Shown: positions 36,576 through 49,455 of the stretch, one piece after another | Numbering within the stretch: the first letter of the stretch is position 1 | Layout: every line of letters begins with the position of its first letter | From: the human T2T-CHM13v2.0 reference genome, Homo sapiens | Length of the DNA: 64,000 nucleotides | Reading direction: 5' to 3' (one strand) | Assembly: GCF_009914755.1 (NCBI RefSeq) | Contig: NC_060933.1 | Translations under genes and position numbers: made by a program | Notes under the pieces: model-generated | The model's database searches: none | The model's input: only the letters and a program-made list of their open reading frames with translations | Told to the model about the DNA's origin: nothing

Positions 36576-37051
36576 AAAAGTCATTCCAGAAGTGATTCAG
36601 TGGAGGTAGAATCATGTGGTTGTGAGCCCCAGGCACTTGGAGTTCTGATAGAATTGTGACTTCTAACACTGGACACCTTTTCTTTTTCTCTTATTCTCCC
36701 ATTTTTCTCCTTTCCCCTTTTCCTCCCTTCCTTCCCTTCATTCCTTCTACTTTTTCCGTACTTTAAATTAATAGAGCAGTTGGAAACACAAAAGCAATGT
36801 CTGTATCTACAAAATGTCATTATTTATACTTTGTATCCACAGTGTGCTGCCTAGGGCTTCATGCCTGAGGTGCATCTGTAGAAGGTGCTCAACAAAGGCT
36901 TGGCTGTTGGTATTATTGAATCACTGTGGAGTTTATTCATTGTTGTCCATGCCATTTTGAGTTTTCATTTTTTTATTTATGGGAGTGTCTTTATTCTTTT
37001 AAAGAGCTTTGTTTGTACACTCATTTTCTCTCTCTCTCTTTTCTTCCACAG

Positions 37052-37364
37052 GCAATTTATAGCACTGATCTGTCATCAATACCACTTGCTGTCTTGGATG
37101 TGAAGATGATTTTTCCTGCAGGGATTCCCTCTACAAAATTAAAAACACTGGGCATGTGGAAATAATATTCATGCTTTAAATTGTCTTTTCTCTTCACTAC
37201 ACCAGGGGTCCCCAACCCCTAGGCCACAGACTGTGGCCCTAGTGTAGTGAATAGAAAAGACAATTTAAAGCGTGAATATTATTTCCTCATGCCCAGTGTT
37301 TTTAATTTTGTACTGGTCTGTGGCTTGTTAGAAACCAGGCTGCACAGCAGAAGGTGGGCAGCAG
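37052..37364 (+). ncRNA. CDKN2B-AS1: ANRIL exon 3 (313 nt), 3' part derived from MER1B
   Basis: Long pyrimidine tract ..ttcttccacag|GCAATTTATAGC...GGGCAGCAG|gtgagc. Confidence 0.88.
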
Positions 37365-37618
37365 GTGAGCAAGCATTACTGCTTGAGTTCCGCCTCCTGT
37401 CAGATCAGCAGTGGCATTAGATTCTCATAGGAGCACAAACCCTATTGTGAACTGCACACGCAAGGGATCTAGGTTGTGCGCCCTTTATGAGAATCTAACT
37501 AATGGCTGATGATCTGACGTGGAACAGTTTCAACCCAGAGCACCCCCCACCCACCTGCAGAAGAATTGACTTTTACGAAACCAGTCCCTGGTGCCAAAAA
37601 GGTTGGGGACCACCGCTG
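37203..37618 (+). mobile_element. MER1B hAT-Charlie element with an ~80-bp templated insertion
   Basis: Termini caggggtccccaacc...ggttggggaccaccgctg. Exact 8-bp TSD cactacac at 37195-37202 and 37619-37626. Confidence 0.9.
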
Positions 37619-39048
37619 CACTACACTACCTAAAAGATTTTCACTTTCACAGTGTTGCTTGCTTCTGTTTTACATGCACAAGTAGCTAAAGCTAGCCTTC
37701 TGGTAAATGGAGGGGCAGAGCAGATGGTGGGGGAGGAGTACATATGGACGAATTTGAATCACAATTTCCTCACTATATGCCAGCAAAATTTAATAATAGC
37801 ACCTAAACATACACATGCATATGTAAATGAGTCACACTATAAAAACTTTTAACAAGTACTGGCAAGTCAGATGGCAGACTTACCCTGAAACCTGCCACTC
37901 CAATAAAAACCTCATAATTAAAAACAAGGCTGTCTATAAAGCATAACATATAATAACAATTATTTGCAACTGGTACAAGGCTAGATTAGAAAGTTGAAAG
38001 TTATCTTTCTCAGGTAAAAATGCTTTTCCTATACAGTATGCAGCCAGCAGATTATCATCCATAGTTTGAGTAGTGAGATGCCACTTGCTCCAACAATTAA
38101 CACCTGCTGATGTTGGTCCAAGAAGAGACTGAGGTGATGCAGTTTCACCTGTTTTGTAAGAATAACGCTGGTGTTTGCCATCTATTGACAGAGTGCCTAC
38201 TACGTGCCAGATGCTTTGTTGGCACTGAATGTGCTATCTCATTCCAGTTTCTTTATACTCAATGAAAAACCAACTACATTTATATTGCATTGAGGCTTAA
38301 AGTGGTTTACTGACTTGCTTAAGATTATACAAGTAGTAGGTGGCTACAGCAGGGTTTGAACCCAAGTATGCTTGATTCCCCAAACCATGCTTTTTAAAAA
38401 ATCAAAGGTGTAACTTCGATAAAAGACATGAAGTTAATGAATATATGAAAGATGGTGAATAGATACAGATACAATGTGGCCTTAGGCCAGATCATGTTGA
38501 ACATGTGGTGGGATAGATAAGAGAAGGTTCTTCTTTGTTGTTACCTGGTTCTCAATTGGTTATTACTTTATGTGCTTTCCATATTAAAATTCTATTATTC
38601 TGGTCTATAAATTCACCCACCCAGACTTGCCTAAACTAATTAAACCCTGAAGTTTGGCATGTCTCTTTTTTGGGGTGCCTCTATGATAGGTGGTAGAAAT
38701 GAAAATGGAATTAAAAGTTTTGTGAAGCTATAGCACTACTTTTTCATTGTGTTCCCCCCTGACTTTCTGCCTTAGGTGTTTACTTTGGTGAGATATCCTG
38801 GGAGAAATTGAGGTGAAAAGAAGCCCGAGTTAGGATTAGGGAAGAGATGAAGTAGTCAATAAAATTCAAATTCTTGTATTCTGAAACGCAACTATTCTTT
38901 CTCCAACTTGGTTTTGGACAGAATGTCTTAGTGTAGCTGTTAACAAAGAAATTGATGACAATTAACTCCCATTTCTCAGAATTTCATCATTCTTTGAAAG
39001 TGTTTATCATACTCAATCTTCTAAAAATCCTTAAGGCATACTACAGTG

Positions 39049-39271
39049 TAGAGGTTGGCAAACTTTTTCTATAGAGGTCCTGATAGTAGCTTGTTTCACT
39101 TTTGAGGGCCATCGAGTTTCTGTCACAACTACTCATCTCTGCTGTTGTAATAAAGACTCACCCATAGACAATACATGAATGAAGGAGTATCTATGTTCCA
39201 ATAAGACTTTTAAAAATAAAATTAGGCAGCAAGACTGATTTGACATAAGGGTCATAATTTGCTAACCTGTG
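39049..39271. mobile_element. MER58A-like hAT element, followed by a MIR (~39272-39500)
   Basis: agaggttggcaaactttttct...ctgtcacaactactca...tttgctaacctgtg. Confidence 0.75.
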
Positions 39272-42200
39272 GTATAGTGAAAGGAGTTCAACTAGAGTTT
39301 GATTATGGCTGTGCCATTCTAGTTGGGTAGTTTTAGGAAAGTTATTTAATTTAGATTTGATGTAGTTTTCTCATATGTAAAATGGGGATAATAAAACCTG
39401 CTTCACAAGACTACTATGAGGAGTAAGCTATGTAGCTAAATATAGCAAAATATCTGGCATCTAATAGATGCCTAATAAATGGTGACTATAATGATTCTTA
39501 TCATTACTGTATTATTTTAAACATTTATCTTTTTTTTTTAGGTTGTTGTCTAACTAAGGTATTTAGAGAAAATAAGTGCTGCTGAGGGCAGCTGGAACTG
39601 TTTTGCTGGTTCATCACTGAAATTCTAGTTCTTGTTGGTGCTTATTTCATAATTATGAAACTAATTCTTTTGAAAAGAACTTGAAGTAGAGCAACAAGAA
39701 CTAAGATAGAACTAATACCATTCTCTCTCAGTTCTTATTGCTTTACTTCAAGTTCTTTTGAAAAGAATTACATAGATATGGGTGCATGTGTTTGTTTATT
39801 TTCCTTGTTGGGTAATCGTGAATATGTTGATTGGCGTCAAACATGGGTCTCACCTATACCCATGGCAGTAAGCTTCTATTGATTTGAATTCAGACTAGCC
39901 CTGGTGGCCCTGTGAGTGGGAAAGTCTAGGTGTGCCTAGCTTGGTCTGTGGTTCCACGAGGGGTTGGATGCATCTGTTCTACTTGTGGAATGTTGGCACC
40001 AATATATTGGCTGCTTCTCCGAGTATTTGCCTTTGTCTTCTTTGTGAAAGGTCACTGGCTGGTTTGAGCTATTGGGCTGTTTATGCCACATCCTGTGCAT
40101 GCCACACTGGCTTTCTTTCTGTGGTGTTTCCAGAGATAAGTTTGCCTGATAGAAGTCAGACTCTGTGGCTTTTTATCATTATAGATTTTTCTAGAAGGAG
40201 AAGAGGCCATGATCACATCTGAGGATCCTGAGTCATTGTAGACATGTACTGAATTAAAGAGAATTTTTTGACTAAAGGAGAATTGCATCAATCACGGTGA
40301 AGGAGATGCCACAGGACAGGGCCTGAGGTGTTGGCTTAGCCACAGATGTAAGGGCTACAGTTAACAGACAACTTTCAGTTTCCACTATTGGAAGGGATGA
40401 TCAGTCCTTCCCTCCTCTATTTTCTTGAGCCCCGTTTTTCACCTTTCTTTTTCTCTCTCCTTTCTTATCATGAAGAATAAAGACAAATGATAACAGATCT
40501 ACCTTAGGCTGATACAGGGCAGGGAATCCATTTAATAATAAAACGTGGGTCAAAATTCACTTTTCTCCTTTTGAATTGAAATTATATTGTGCATGGGCTA
40601 ATTAGATTGAATGCTGTAAACATGAAGATAATGCTTGCAAAGTAGCTACAGAGAAAGAGAAAAAGCCTAAAACAACCAGTAGTGCTTAGGACCAATAGTA
40701 TAAGTCTTTACACACTACATTTGAATAATACTGTAAGACACAATTTTTTGATAGGTTAAATAGCAAATCTAGGCCCCCCAAAATTATTTAAAAAATTGTC
40801 ATTTTAATTCTAGAGGTATAACAACAGTGTGTAAGTTGCATCAAATAACAAAGTTAGTCTACAGCCTAAATTGTTTCGTCCTGCTTTTTTCACTTCTATG
40901 CATATTTTTATACTTCCATGCTAGAGCTACCTCATTCTTTTAAAATTGTGAGATATTCTATAATTTATTTGTATTCCCCTATTAATATATTTTTAGCTTA
41001 TTAGTTTACTTAAAAAGATTTATGTTTGCCTTCTAATGTCAAAGTTAGGAGTCATCTGTCCATTTAACAGGTGGTGTTTTCTTGTGTAACTCCTCTGCCT
41101 TCATGCAAACCTTTGAGAACAATCTCTTGAAACAAGGCTAAAATGCCTTTGGAGAGGTATTATAGATGATCATATCTACTTTGTGCCTCTTTCCATTACT
41201 TAGCTGCATTAGAGGCCCAGCTGTGTAGGTGTAACTCAAAATCCACCAAAACTAATACTGTGGTTAGATTCTGGTCAAACAAGTTGCCATTAATCCAGAT
41301 GTAGAATGGGATTGAAAGGTGGCTCTTCCACACCCTGACATCAATGTACCAGTTTGGCTCTGTGCATTCTTTCTCCCCTTCTCCCTTTACCACCCTCATA
41401 TAATTGTTTGTGTACATGTCTGGTTTCGTCACTACGCTGATGGCAAGGATCATGCATGCCTTATTCATATTTGTGTTATTCAAGGATTCTACTCTGGGTT
41501 CTATTATGGGGCCTGGCCTAAAGTGGTTGTTCAAGAAATGTGTGTTAGAGAAATCATACATAAACTAGCAATTCTCATTTGGATTCCTGTATCTGAACAA
41601 CTAACTTTCAGCTTCTTCAGTGGGATAAAGAAGAAAAATGGGGTTTAAAGTACATACTATTCAGTATTAATGTAGAATTTAACAGCTGCCATCCAAGTGC
41701 AGAATCCTCTGTAGTTTCCCAGTGTTAACCTCACTTCTATCTCTAGCCATGTCTCAGTGCTGGGTGACTCTCTCCTGGCATGTTCTGGCAAGACTCTACC
41801 TGGTTTGCGTAATCTACATCGGCTTCTAGTTTCCACAAGAATTGTTTATATGCATTTAATTTTAGCTCTTGGGCTATAACATGTCATTGTTCTTTTTACT
41901 TATCTCCTCTTACTTCTGGAAACAGGGCAGGCATCTTCAATACTTGCTGTTCCTGTTTGGTGTGCTCTTAGATTAATTTTAACTTTCCTCTTCAGCTTTC
42001 ATGACACTTCAAGACATTTTCCAGTCATATTTCCTGTATAAGAAAATACAGACTATGTCACCACAAAGGGTAGTGGAGATTGGGGGGCATAATTTAATTC
42101 ATTCAGGGAACTCATATTTTGGTGTGAATGGAAATTAAAGCAAGGTATTTGGATTAATTTACCTCATTTGGTTCTATATTCCATTTAGAGGATAACACAT

Positions 42201-44151
42201 TAAGCTTTTATTCAATTTTATCTGTTATGGTCACAGTGAATCTGGAAAAAAATATATATGGGGCTTAGTTTTCATATTTAGGGGAAAATGAATATCCTAG
42301 AGAATAATAATAAAAGTTAGGGAAAATAATGTTTTCCTAAGAGTAGGCAATGAAAATCTGAAGGTACTCAAAGCAGTCTTGCACAAGTGCTTTGAAAAGC
42401 CTCTTGCACAATTTTATTTCTTTATAGTACTTACACAATCATATTTCATAATGACTTGCTATAAACAATGTTCTTGACAAGAAGCTTAAAGATACAAAAC
42501 TGAAGGAAGCACTTTTGGGAGAAAATACTTTTATATTTGCTTACTTCTACACTACAACAGACATAAAATTATGGATTTTTTTTTCAGTGCAATTTTCATA
42601 TGTCAGTTCTAGGAGACAGGAAATGTGAAACACTGTAGGAGGTATGAGTTTGCCACCTAGAGGAGAGAGGTGAAATTCAACTTTTCTCCAATTTCTTTAG
42701 TATAATTCATTAATTTATTTAATTATTTACTCGTTTAATTATTCAAAAATAATTATCTACCAAGCTTAACTATTTTGCCAGCGCAGATTTGATAAATCTG
42801 TTCAAGATTTATGAGCTCAAAGAAACCACAAAGTGCATCTTACTTTAATTGCTCAGCTGCCTCTTTTAAAAATCTTTTACTTTTAAGAGAGTATAGCACA
42901 AATATCTGAACAACTCTAAATATCCATACTTGGGATGGATATTACTTTGAGCTCTTGCACTATAATAAAACTTTATTCTTTTGTACTAATTCAGTCCTTT
43001 TACTTTTTCTTTTTTAATGTTTAAGAAACAAGTTGGATATGGACAAGATGTAATTTCTTCTGTCAAGGAACCCACAGGATAATAGGTTAATGATAGAGAC
43101 CAACAATGCTGATGCATTTTTAATGACGGAGATAATGTCTAGAAAAAAATCCATTATTTGGTAAAGACAAAGTATGCATATGTATTCCTTTGTTTCAATT
43201 ATTTTTAAAGTTAAAAAACAACTGCTTATCTCCTTTTGTACTACAAGCAATATCTGGTATAGTGTATGCATAGTAAGTATTCTAGAAATAGTAATTTCAT
43301 TGTTGACTTGATTATATTGGAGTGGAACTTACTCTGGAAGAGATCCTAACTTTCATTTATCTGAGAAAATTTCCAGTTAGGACATGGAAATTTTTTCCTT
43401 GTCAATATTTATTCTTAATGTGTTTAGAATTTTAGAAAATGGGTTTAGGGATTTAGAAATTTCTTTACTAAATAACTCTAGGGAACAGTACCTTAAAAAT
43501 ATTCAAAATGACAAAAACTTAAAATGACATCTAATTTTTTAAGGCCAAGAATCATTAAAAAGGGATCCAAATCTTTAGACTTTGTTGCTCGGTGGAACTA
43601 GAATCATTAATATCTCAGTCAGGGGAAGCCATGTCAACTTACTGGTTTAATTTCCTGTGAGCTTCCCATGTTCTCTCCCTGCAAGGACCACCTCAAATCC
43701 CTCAGTAGTCCTGTCTTTATGAAACCAGTATAATTTTTCTTTTCGCTCTTGTCCTTCACCTTCCTGTGGCAACAAGAGTCAATTCTCCATATATAAATAC
43801 TCGGCCCCTGTTTTAGCTGTGTCTTAATTGCGCAACATCTGTTTACTCTGTGTTTTAACATCTGTGTGGATAGCATTGTTGTTGTAATATTTTGACTGTA
43901 AGCTTCTAGGAGGTAGAGGCCAGCATTATTTTCTCCATTTTTGGAATGAGAAAATACAGATTACCACAATCAAAGTAGAATGGCAGCTTATAGTAGTTAT
44001 TTGGATAATTTATATAGTCTCTTAAAAAAACAGATTATAGTAAGAAGTGGCTGAGCAATTAGCTATGGCACACTGCACGGTTTTTCTGACCTCTCAGCTC
44101 CTAAATAAACTTTGCCAAATCTTCAGGCCCTCAAAATTTTTTCATTCCATT

Positions 44152-44572
44152 TGTTATGGGCTGAATTGTGTTCCCCCGAAATGACTATGCTGAAGTCCTA
44201 ACTCCTAGTGCTTCAGAATGTGACCTTATTTGGAAACAGGGTCATTGCAAATATAATTAGTTAAGATGCGATCTTACTGACATAGGAGAAGCTCCTAATC
44301 ATGGTGTCCTTATAAAAAGGAGAATTTTGGCCATAGAGACATGCACTGGGAGAATGCTCTCTGAAGACTGGAGTTATGCTGCTAAAAGTCACAAAATTAA
44401 CAGAAGCTACGGAAGAGACCTTGAATAAATTCTTCCCTGTAGCCTTGAGGGAGAGGATGGCCCAGCCAACTGCTAATCTCAGACGTCTAGCTTCCAGAGC
44501 TGTGAGACAATTTCTCTTTTTAGGCCACTCAGTTTGTGGCACTTTGTACAGCAGTCCTAGCCGACTAACACA
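44152..44572 (+). mobile_element. MLT1B/C MaLR solo LTR
   Basis: tgttatgggctgaattgtgttccc...cagaatgtgaccttatttggaaa...actaacaca. Flanks ccatt/ccact. Confidence 0.85.
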
Positions 44573-47561
44573 CCACTCTAACTGTTGATCAAGGCAAGAG
44601 CCTGTGATCATGTATTATCTTGCTTATTCCTTATCAGCATTCTATGGTGTAGATATTAGTGCCATCTATATACAAATTAGGAAATGGAGCCTCATAGAAA
44701 TTAAATGACAAGTTCAAGGTGTCATGGCTATTTCATTATAGTGCCAGTGTTTGAACACAAATCAATTTGACTCCAAAACATCATTACTCTACTCAATTCT
44801 AGTTCAATCCAGATGTTCACAAACAACCAGACTATAGTGGAGATGTGGGTGGTGGGTTGAGAAGGAGATCATAACCAACATCAGACTGTCAGTGAAGCAG
44901 ACTGGGAGAAGTTTTATGAAGCCAAGCAGCTGTGCAAGGTACAGTAGAGATGGTCAGATTGTTCATGTGTATGGATTCCATCTTCTGAGGAATGAACTCC
45001 TTGATATTCCTGAGTTAGTCCAGTTTAGGCAGGAGTAAACAGAAGGTAAACAGAAGATTGGAGACTGTGTGTGTGCACGAATGCCTCCTTTGTAGCTGGA
45101 TGTCTAACATCATGATAGCCACACTCACATGAATACAGAGATATACAATTTACAAATTAATGTAACATAAAACTCCCATGCAGTCTGATTTCATCTTACT
45201 GACATTTCTGTCAGTCAGTGTTAGCATCTTAATTATATAAATGTGGAAACTGAAATACTCAAGAGGTTCCCTGACTTCCCAGGCCACACAGTAAGCTTTG
45301 GTGCCAGAATGTATCTCTAGGCTTTCTCATCTCAACCCAGCATTCATTATACTATTGCTCACTGCGTGTAGAATCAGATTTGATTTCTCTGACTTTTCTT
45401 AGTCACTTCTGTGGTTTTGTACCACTCCCTCTCTCACTAAATAACTGCCTGCAAAAGTAAAAATTTCCATGAAAACAGAAAACAAATGTACCAGAAATGT
45501 TGATGGTGTAAGAGATAAAACTGGGATAAAGAGAAAATGTGTTGGAAAGTGGTGTCCTTTAATGCAACAGAAAAGTATATTGGGAGAAAAAGAAAAGAGA
45601 GAAAAATAGACAATCTGAAGTGATGAGAAGAGCAAATGCTACAGATGTACCTGAACCTCTTCAGTAGGTGTGATCCTGAAGAGTTGTGTATAACAACAAT
45701 GAACAAAAATAAAATGTACTGTGGAAATTGTCTAGCTGTTGAGATCCTCCTGTGCGATATTTTTCAAAGTGAAAACTCCAATCAACCCTAGCTTATTTAT
45801 GGAGAAGACTTTGCCCCACAGCACCCAGAAAGTTTCTTGACAATATCATATATGCATAATAACCCTGAGACAATTTTTGTTTACCAGGAAAACATATAAA
45901 AGGGAACATTAAACTTTGTCTAGTTCTACTGCATAAACATGTGATAATGTGCATGGTGACCTTCTGTTGTAAATGGAAAGAGTTAAGCTCTCTGAATCTA
46001 CTGCTGAAAGGTGAAAACACTTTCTTAGGGCTTTGAACTTCATTTGAAATCTTACTGAAAAAACACTACAGACTCTATTTTCTTTATATTTGAAGATACT
46101 TTACATAAAAATCTAAAGCATTTTGACTTATGTTTTCATCTACTTGAGAAGGAAACTCACAGACTCCAAAGCAACTGTTGTCTGTTTTGAAAAAAATTTC
46201 AGAAATCACCAGAAGCAATAGGGAGTGGCCTTGATTCCTGTTCTTGTATTTATGGGTAGCTAAAGTTCATATTTCTCAACATACCATAATCTCTGTGTAA
46301 TTGGCCAAATTCCATGGTGGATAATTAGATCTAGCTTACCAGGGCAGATTTGGATGGTGAGAGCAGTCACACTGTTCTGGGAATATGTTAGCCAAGTTTA
46401 CTATGTTTTACATGAGTTGACAGACTCACCTCACTTGCTGAAGGACTAGCCCAGCAGGTTCTACGGGTGAGATCACTGCTAGCTCATTCACTGCTGGGCC
46501 TGGTAGGCACAAGAGGCCAAGAAATAAATAATGTGAATTTGGGCTTCAGAAGTTCTCTTTCCTATTTTCTTTCCTAAACCCTTTCTTCTACCAGCTGTCT
46601 AGGGGCTAAAACATTTGTTCATACGTTTATTAACTAATTCAACAAATATTTACCAACCATGTTTCAGGCACTGGACACTAGAAATATAATAGTGAACTAG
46701 ACATTTTCTGCCTTCAAGGGTCTATGAACAATTATAATATTCTGAAAAATATTACAATTCACAGAGCTCAGTAATCCAAATCCTTATTATTTCTGTCTTT
46801 AAAAAGCAGAAAGTGAAAAATGCTCTTAAAAGAGGATGGCATAGAAATGTATTTATGCATTGCAACAGATAAAATTAAGGAATGCATGAAGACTGGTTCA
46901 TCTGTGTGGTTGTGAGTCAAGAATAAATCCCACCCTCCCTGAAGTACTCAGACTCTACCTTGCCCCATGGCCACCACTGTGGCCCAATGGAAGCACCAGT
47001 CCAGGGGGTCTCCATTCATGCTGTCTTTGGATGTCTTCAGAATGTTGTTTCACAAGTACTCAGACCCAACAGTAAGATTTTAAAAATTGTCCATAATATT
47101 AACCTTGGCATTATTATGTTAAAGAAAGCAAAACAGATATCACTGAGTTTACTTCTCAAAAAAACCTTGCGTTCCTGCAAAAGTTTCTTGAATTCTGACT
47201 CTTGTCACACAATCACACAAGAATGGCTATACTTAAACCCTTCTAATCAATTATATCCTTAATATGTATGACTGAGTGATGTGTTTTCATGACTATGAAA
47301 TGTATACATGTTTGGAAAATCTATTCACAATAGAGTTTTATGATATTCCTGTTAACAGGCTGTCATTGTAACACTGTTTATGCAGGAATTGTAATTCTAT
47401 CTGTTTTTATTTTTAGCGTCTTTTCTCTCCATCCCCCAAATTTTAAGGAGCTATCAGGTCTGTATTTTATTTGGTTTTGAAGTTTTAGGTTATTTGTAGT
47501 TATAATAGCCATATCAATTATTCATTTAGCAAACATGTATTGAGTGCTACTATGTGCTTAG

Positions 47562-47774
47562 ATTTTTCCAATGTTGTGAAGGATAATTGGCTAAAACTTT
47601 TCCACTTTTATTAGTAATTTGAGAGTTTTTTTCTCCATGGATTTTAGTCACTGGTAAAGGCTGTTTCATATTCATAGATTTTTTTCTACGGTAAGAAACA
47701 TATGATGTTGAATAAGGTATGAATTACAAATTAAGGCTTTTCCACATTCGCTGCCTTTATAAGATTTTTTTTTC
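47562..47774 (-). pseudogene. Decayed C2H2 (Kruppel-type) zinc-finger array fragment
   Basis: 47764-47681 reads SYKGSECGKALICNSYLIQHHMFLTVEK with exact finger spacing. A further remnant reads IHGEK...KSGKV...QHWK. Confidence 0.65.
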
Positions 47775-49414
47775 TTCATCAAAATCTATTCACACACACA
47801 CAGACACACATGCGCTGTTTTGATTTTCTTCAAATATATCCAGTGTTCAGTTCTTGGGCACATATTAATATACTTGCCTAGATGAAGACTATGTGTCCTC
47901 AGGAATTTATAATCTAGCAGGTGAAAGATTTGCTTCTTTCAAAATGTGACTCTACTTCCCCACTCCTTAGGTTGTGAAAGCAGTTGTTTACGCTTTATTT
48001 CATTGTTTTCCAAACTTTAGTTATTTATGTGCCATCTTCATGATTATGCTATTCACATACCACCTATACTATTATGCTTCTGAAAATATACTATGATTTT
48101 CAACTTAATTAAATTTGTTTAGTAATAACAGTAGCTGTTACATCACTAGGTTGATGTGCTAGTTAAAAATTTTTAAATATACTTTAATATAAATATGCTA
48201 CTACTAAATTATTTTTTTGTCTGTATGCACCCAAAATCTTGCCTTTAGTAGTACTACACATATCATGCTTTGGGAAACTCTACCCATGAGATTCATATTC
48301 AAGCATGAGGAATGGCAAAAGAAAATACAGAAATAGTGATAGTAACCATAGCAATGGTAATAAGAGCTATTATTTATTGAGGACTTTACGTATGTCATTT
48401 AATTTTATTTTATCCTCACAACAAATTTTAGCCATGAATATCAGATAAATATGAGGCAAAAGGGCAGGAAAGAAGGAACAGTGGAAGTCAAGCTTTTTTT
48501 TGCCTAGGTCAGCTATAACTAACACGACAAGATGTTTTAGTATTTGTACTTTATTTTTAGTCAGCTCAGATTTCACACCTGACTATTTTACAAAAATTTG
48601 GATGTGATGGTGGCAGATTAACATAATTACTTTTAGCAATTATTATGGGACAAATTAGTTAAAGGTTGTAAAATGCCTAGAAACAGAGTAGAATATCCTA
48701 GTAGGATATCCTAGAATATCCTATAATTAAGTTATCAAACAATTACTCTGATTATTTTTCACAGTAGTTCAATCAAAGTGTAACTTTGGGTCTGTTAGTA
48801 TACATGAGTGTGAATACTCTGGAGATTTGATCTTTGGCTTTCCTGTGTAAGTTCATATATATTTTTGTTATTATCCTGTAAATAACTGAATTATAGTACA
48901 GTGATTCTGTAAAAAACACTTTAGTTATTAATATTCTTTGGTGTGAAGTTCACATTAAAAATTGTTATATTTCCAGAACCTGGTTTTTACCTGTGAAAGT
49001 CAATGCATCCTTCTTTTAATCCTCTGCATTGGTTTTGCATAGCTTGATGAAATATGACTTGCTTCTCCTCCCTCCCCCTCCTTCCTGTGCCTGTATCCCC
49101 ATCATTTTTTTTTCTATTCCTCTTGGTATCTGGACTTCTTTTTCTGCCAAATGAGTCAGTAAGAGAGGAAATGTTTAACCCACATTTGTCATCTTGGCTG
49201 GGAAAGAAGTTTGAAGGCAAAAGGTGCCTGAATATGTTTCACTAGGATGCTGACACAACCTTTTTGACTCTCTCCTAAGAATACTACTCTATATTCAAGT
49301 TATAAAGTGCTAAATGATCTATTTCCACCATGTATACATTTCATATGATCAATACTTATTTTGTAACTTTTTTCTTTGAGGAGAAGTATTTTTCTTTTGG
49401 AAAAATATTATTTA

Positions 49415-49416
<2 letters not shown>

Positions 49417-49452
<36 letters not shown>
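49417..49452. repeat. (TG)18 microsatellite
   Basis: Perfect dinucleotide run. Confidence 0.95.
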
Positions 49453-49455
<3 letters not shown>

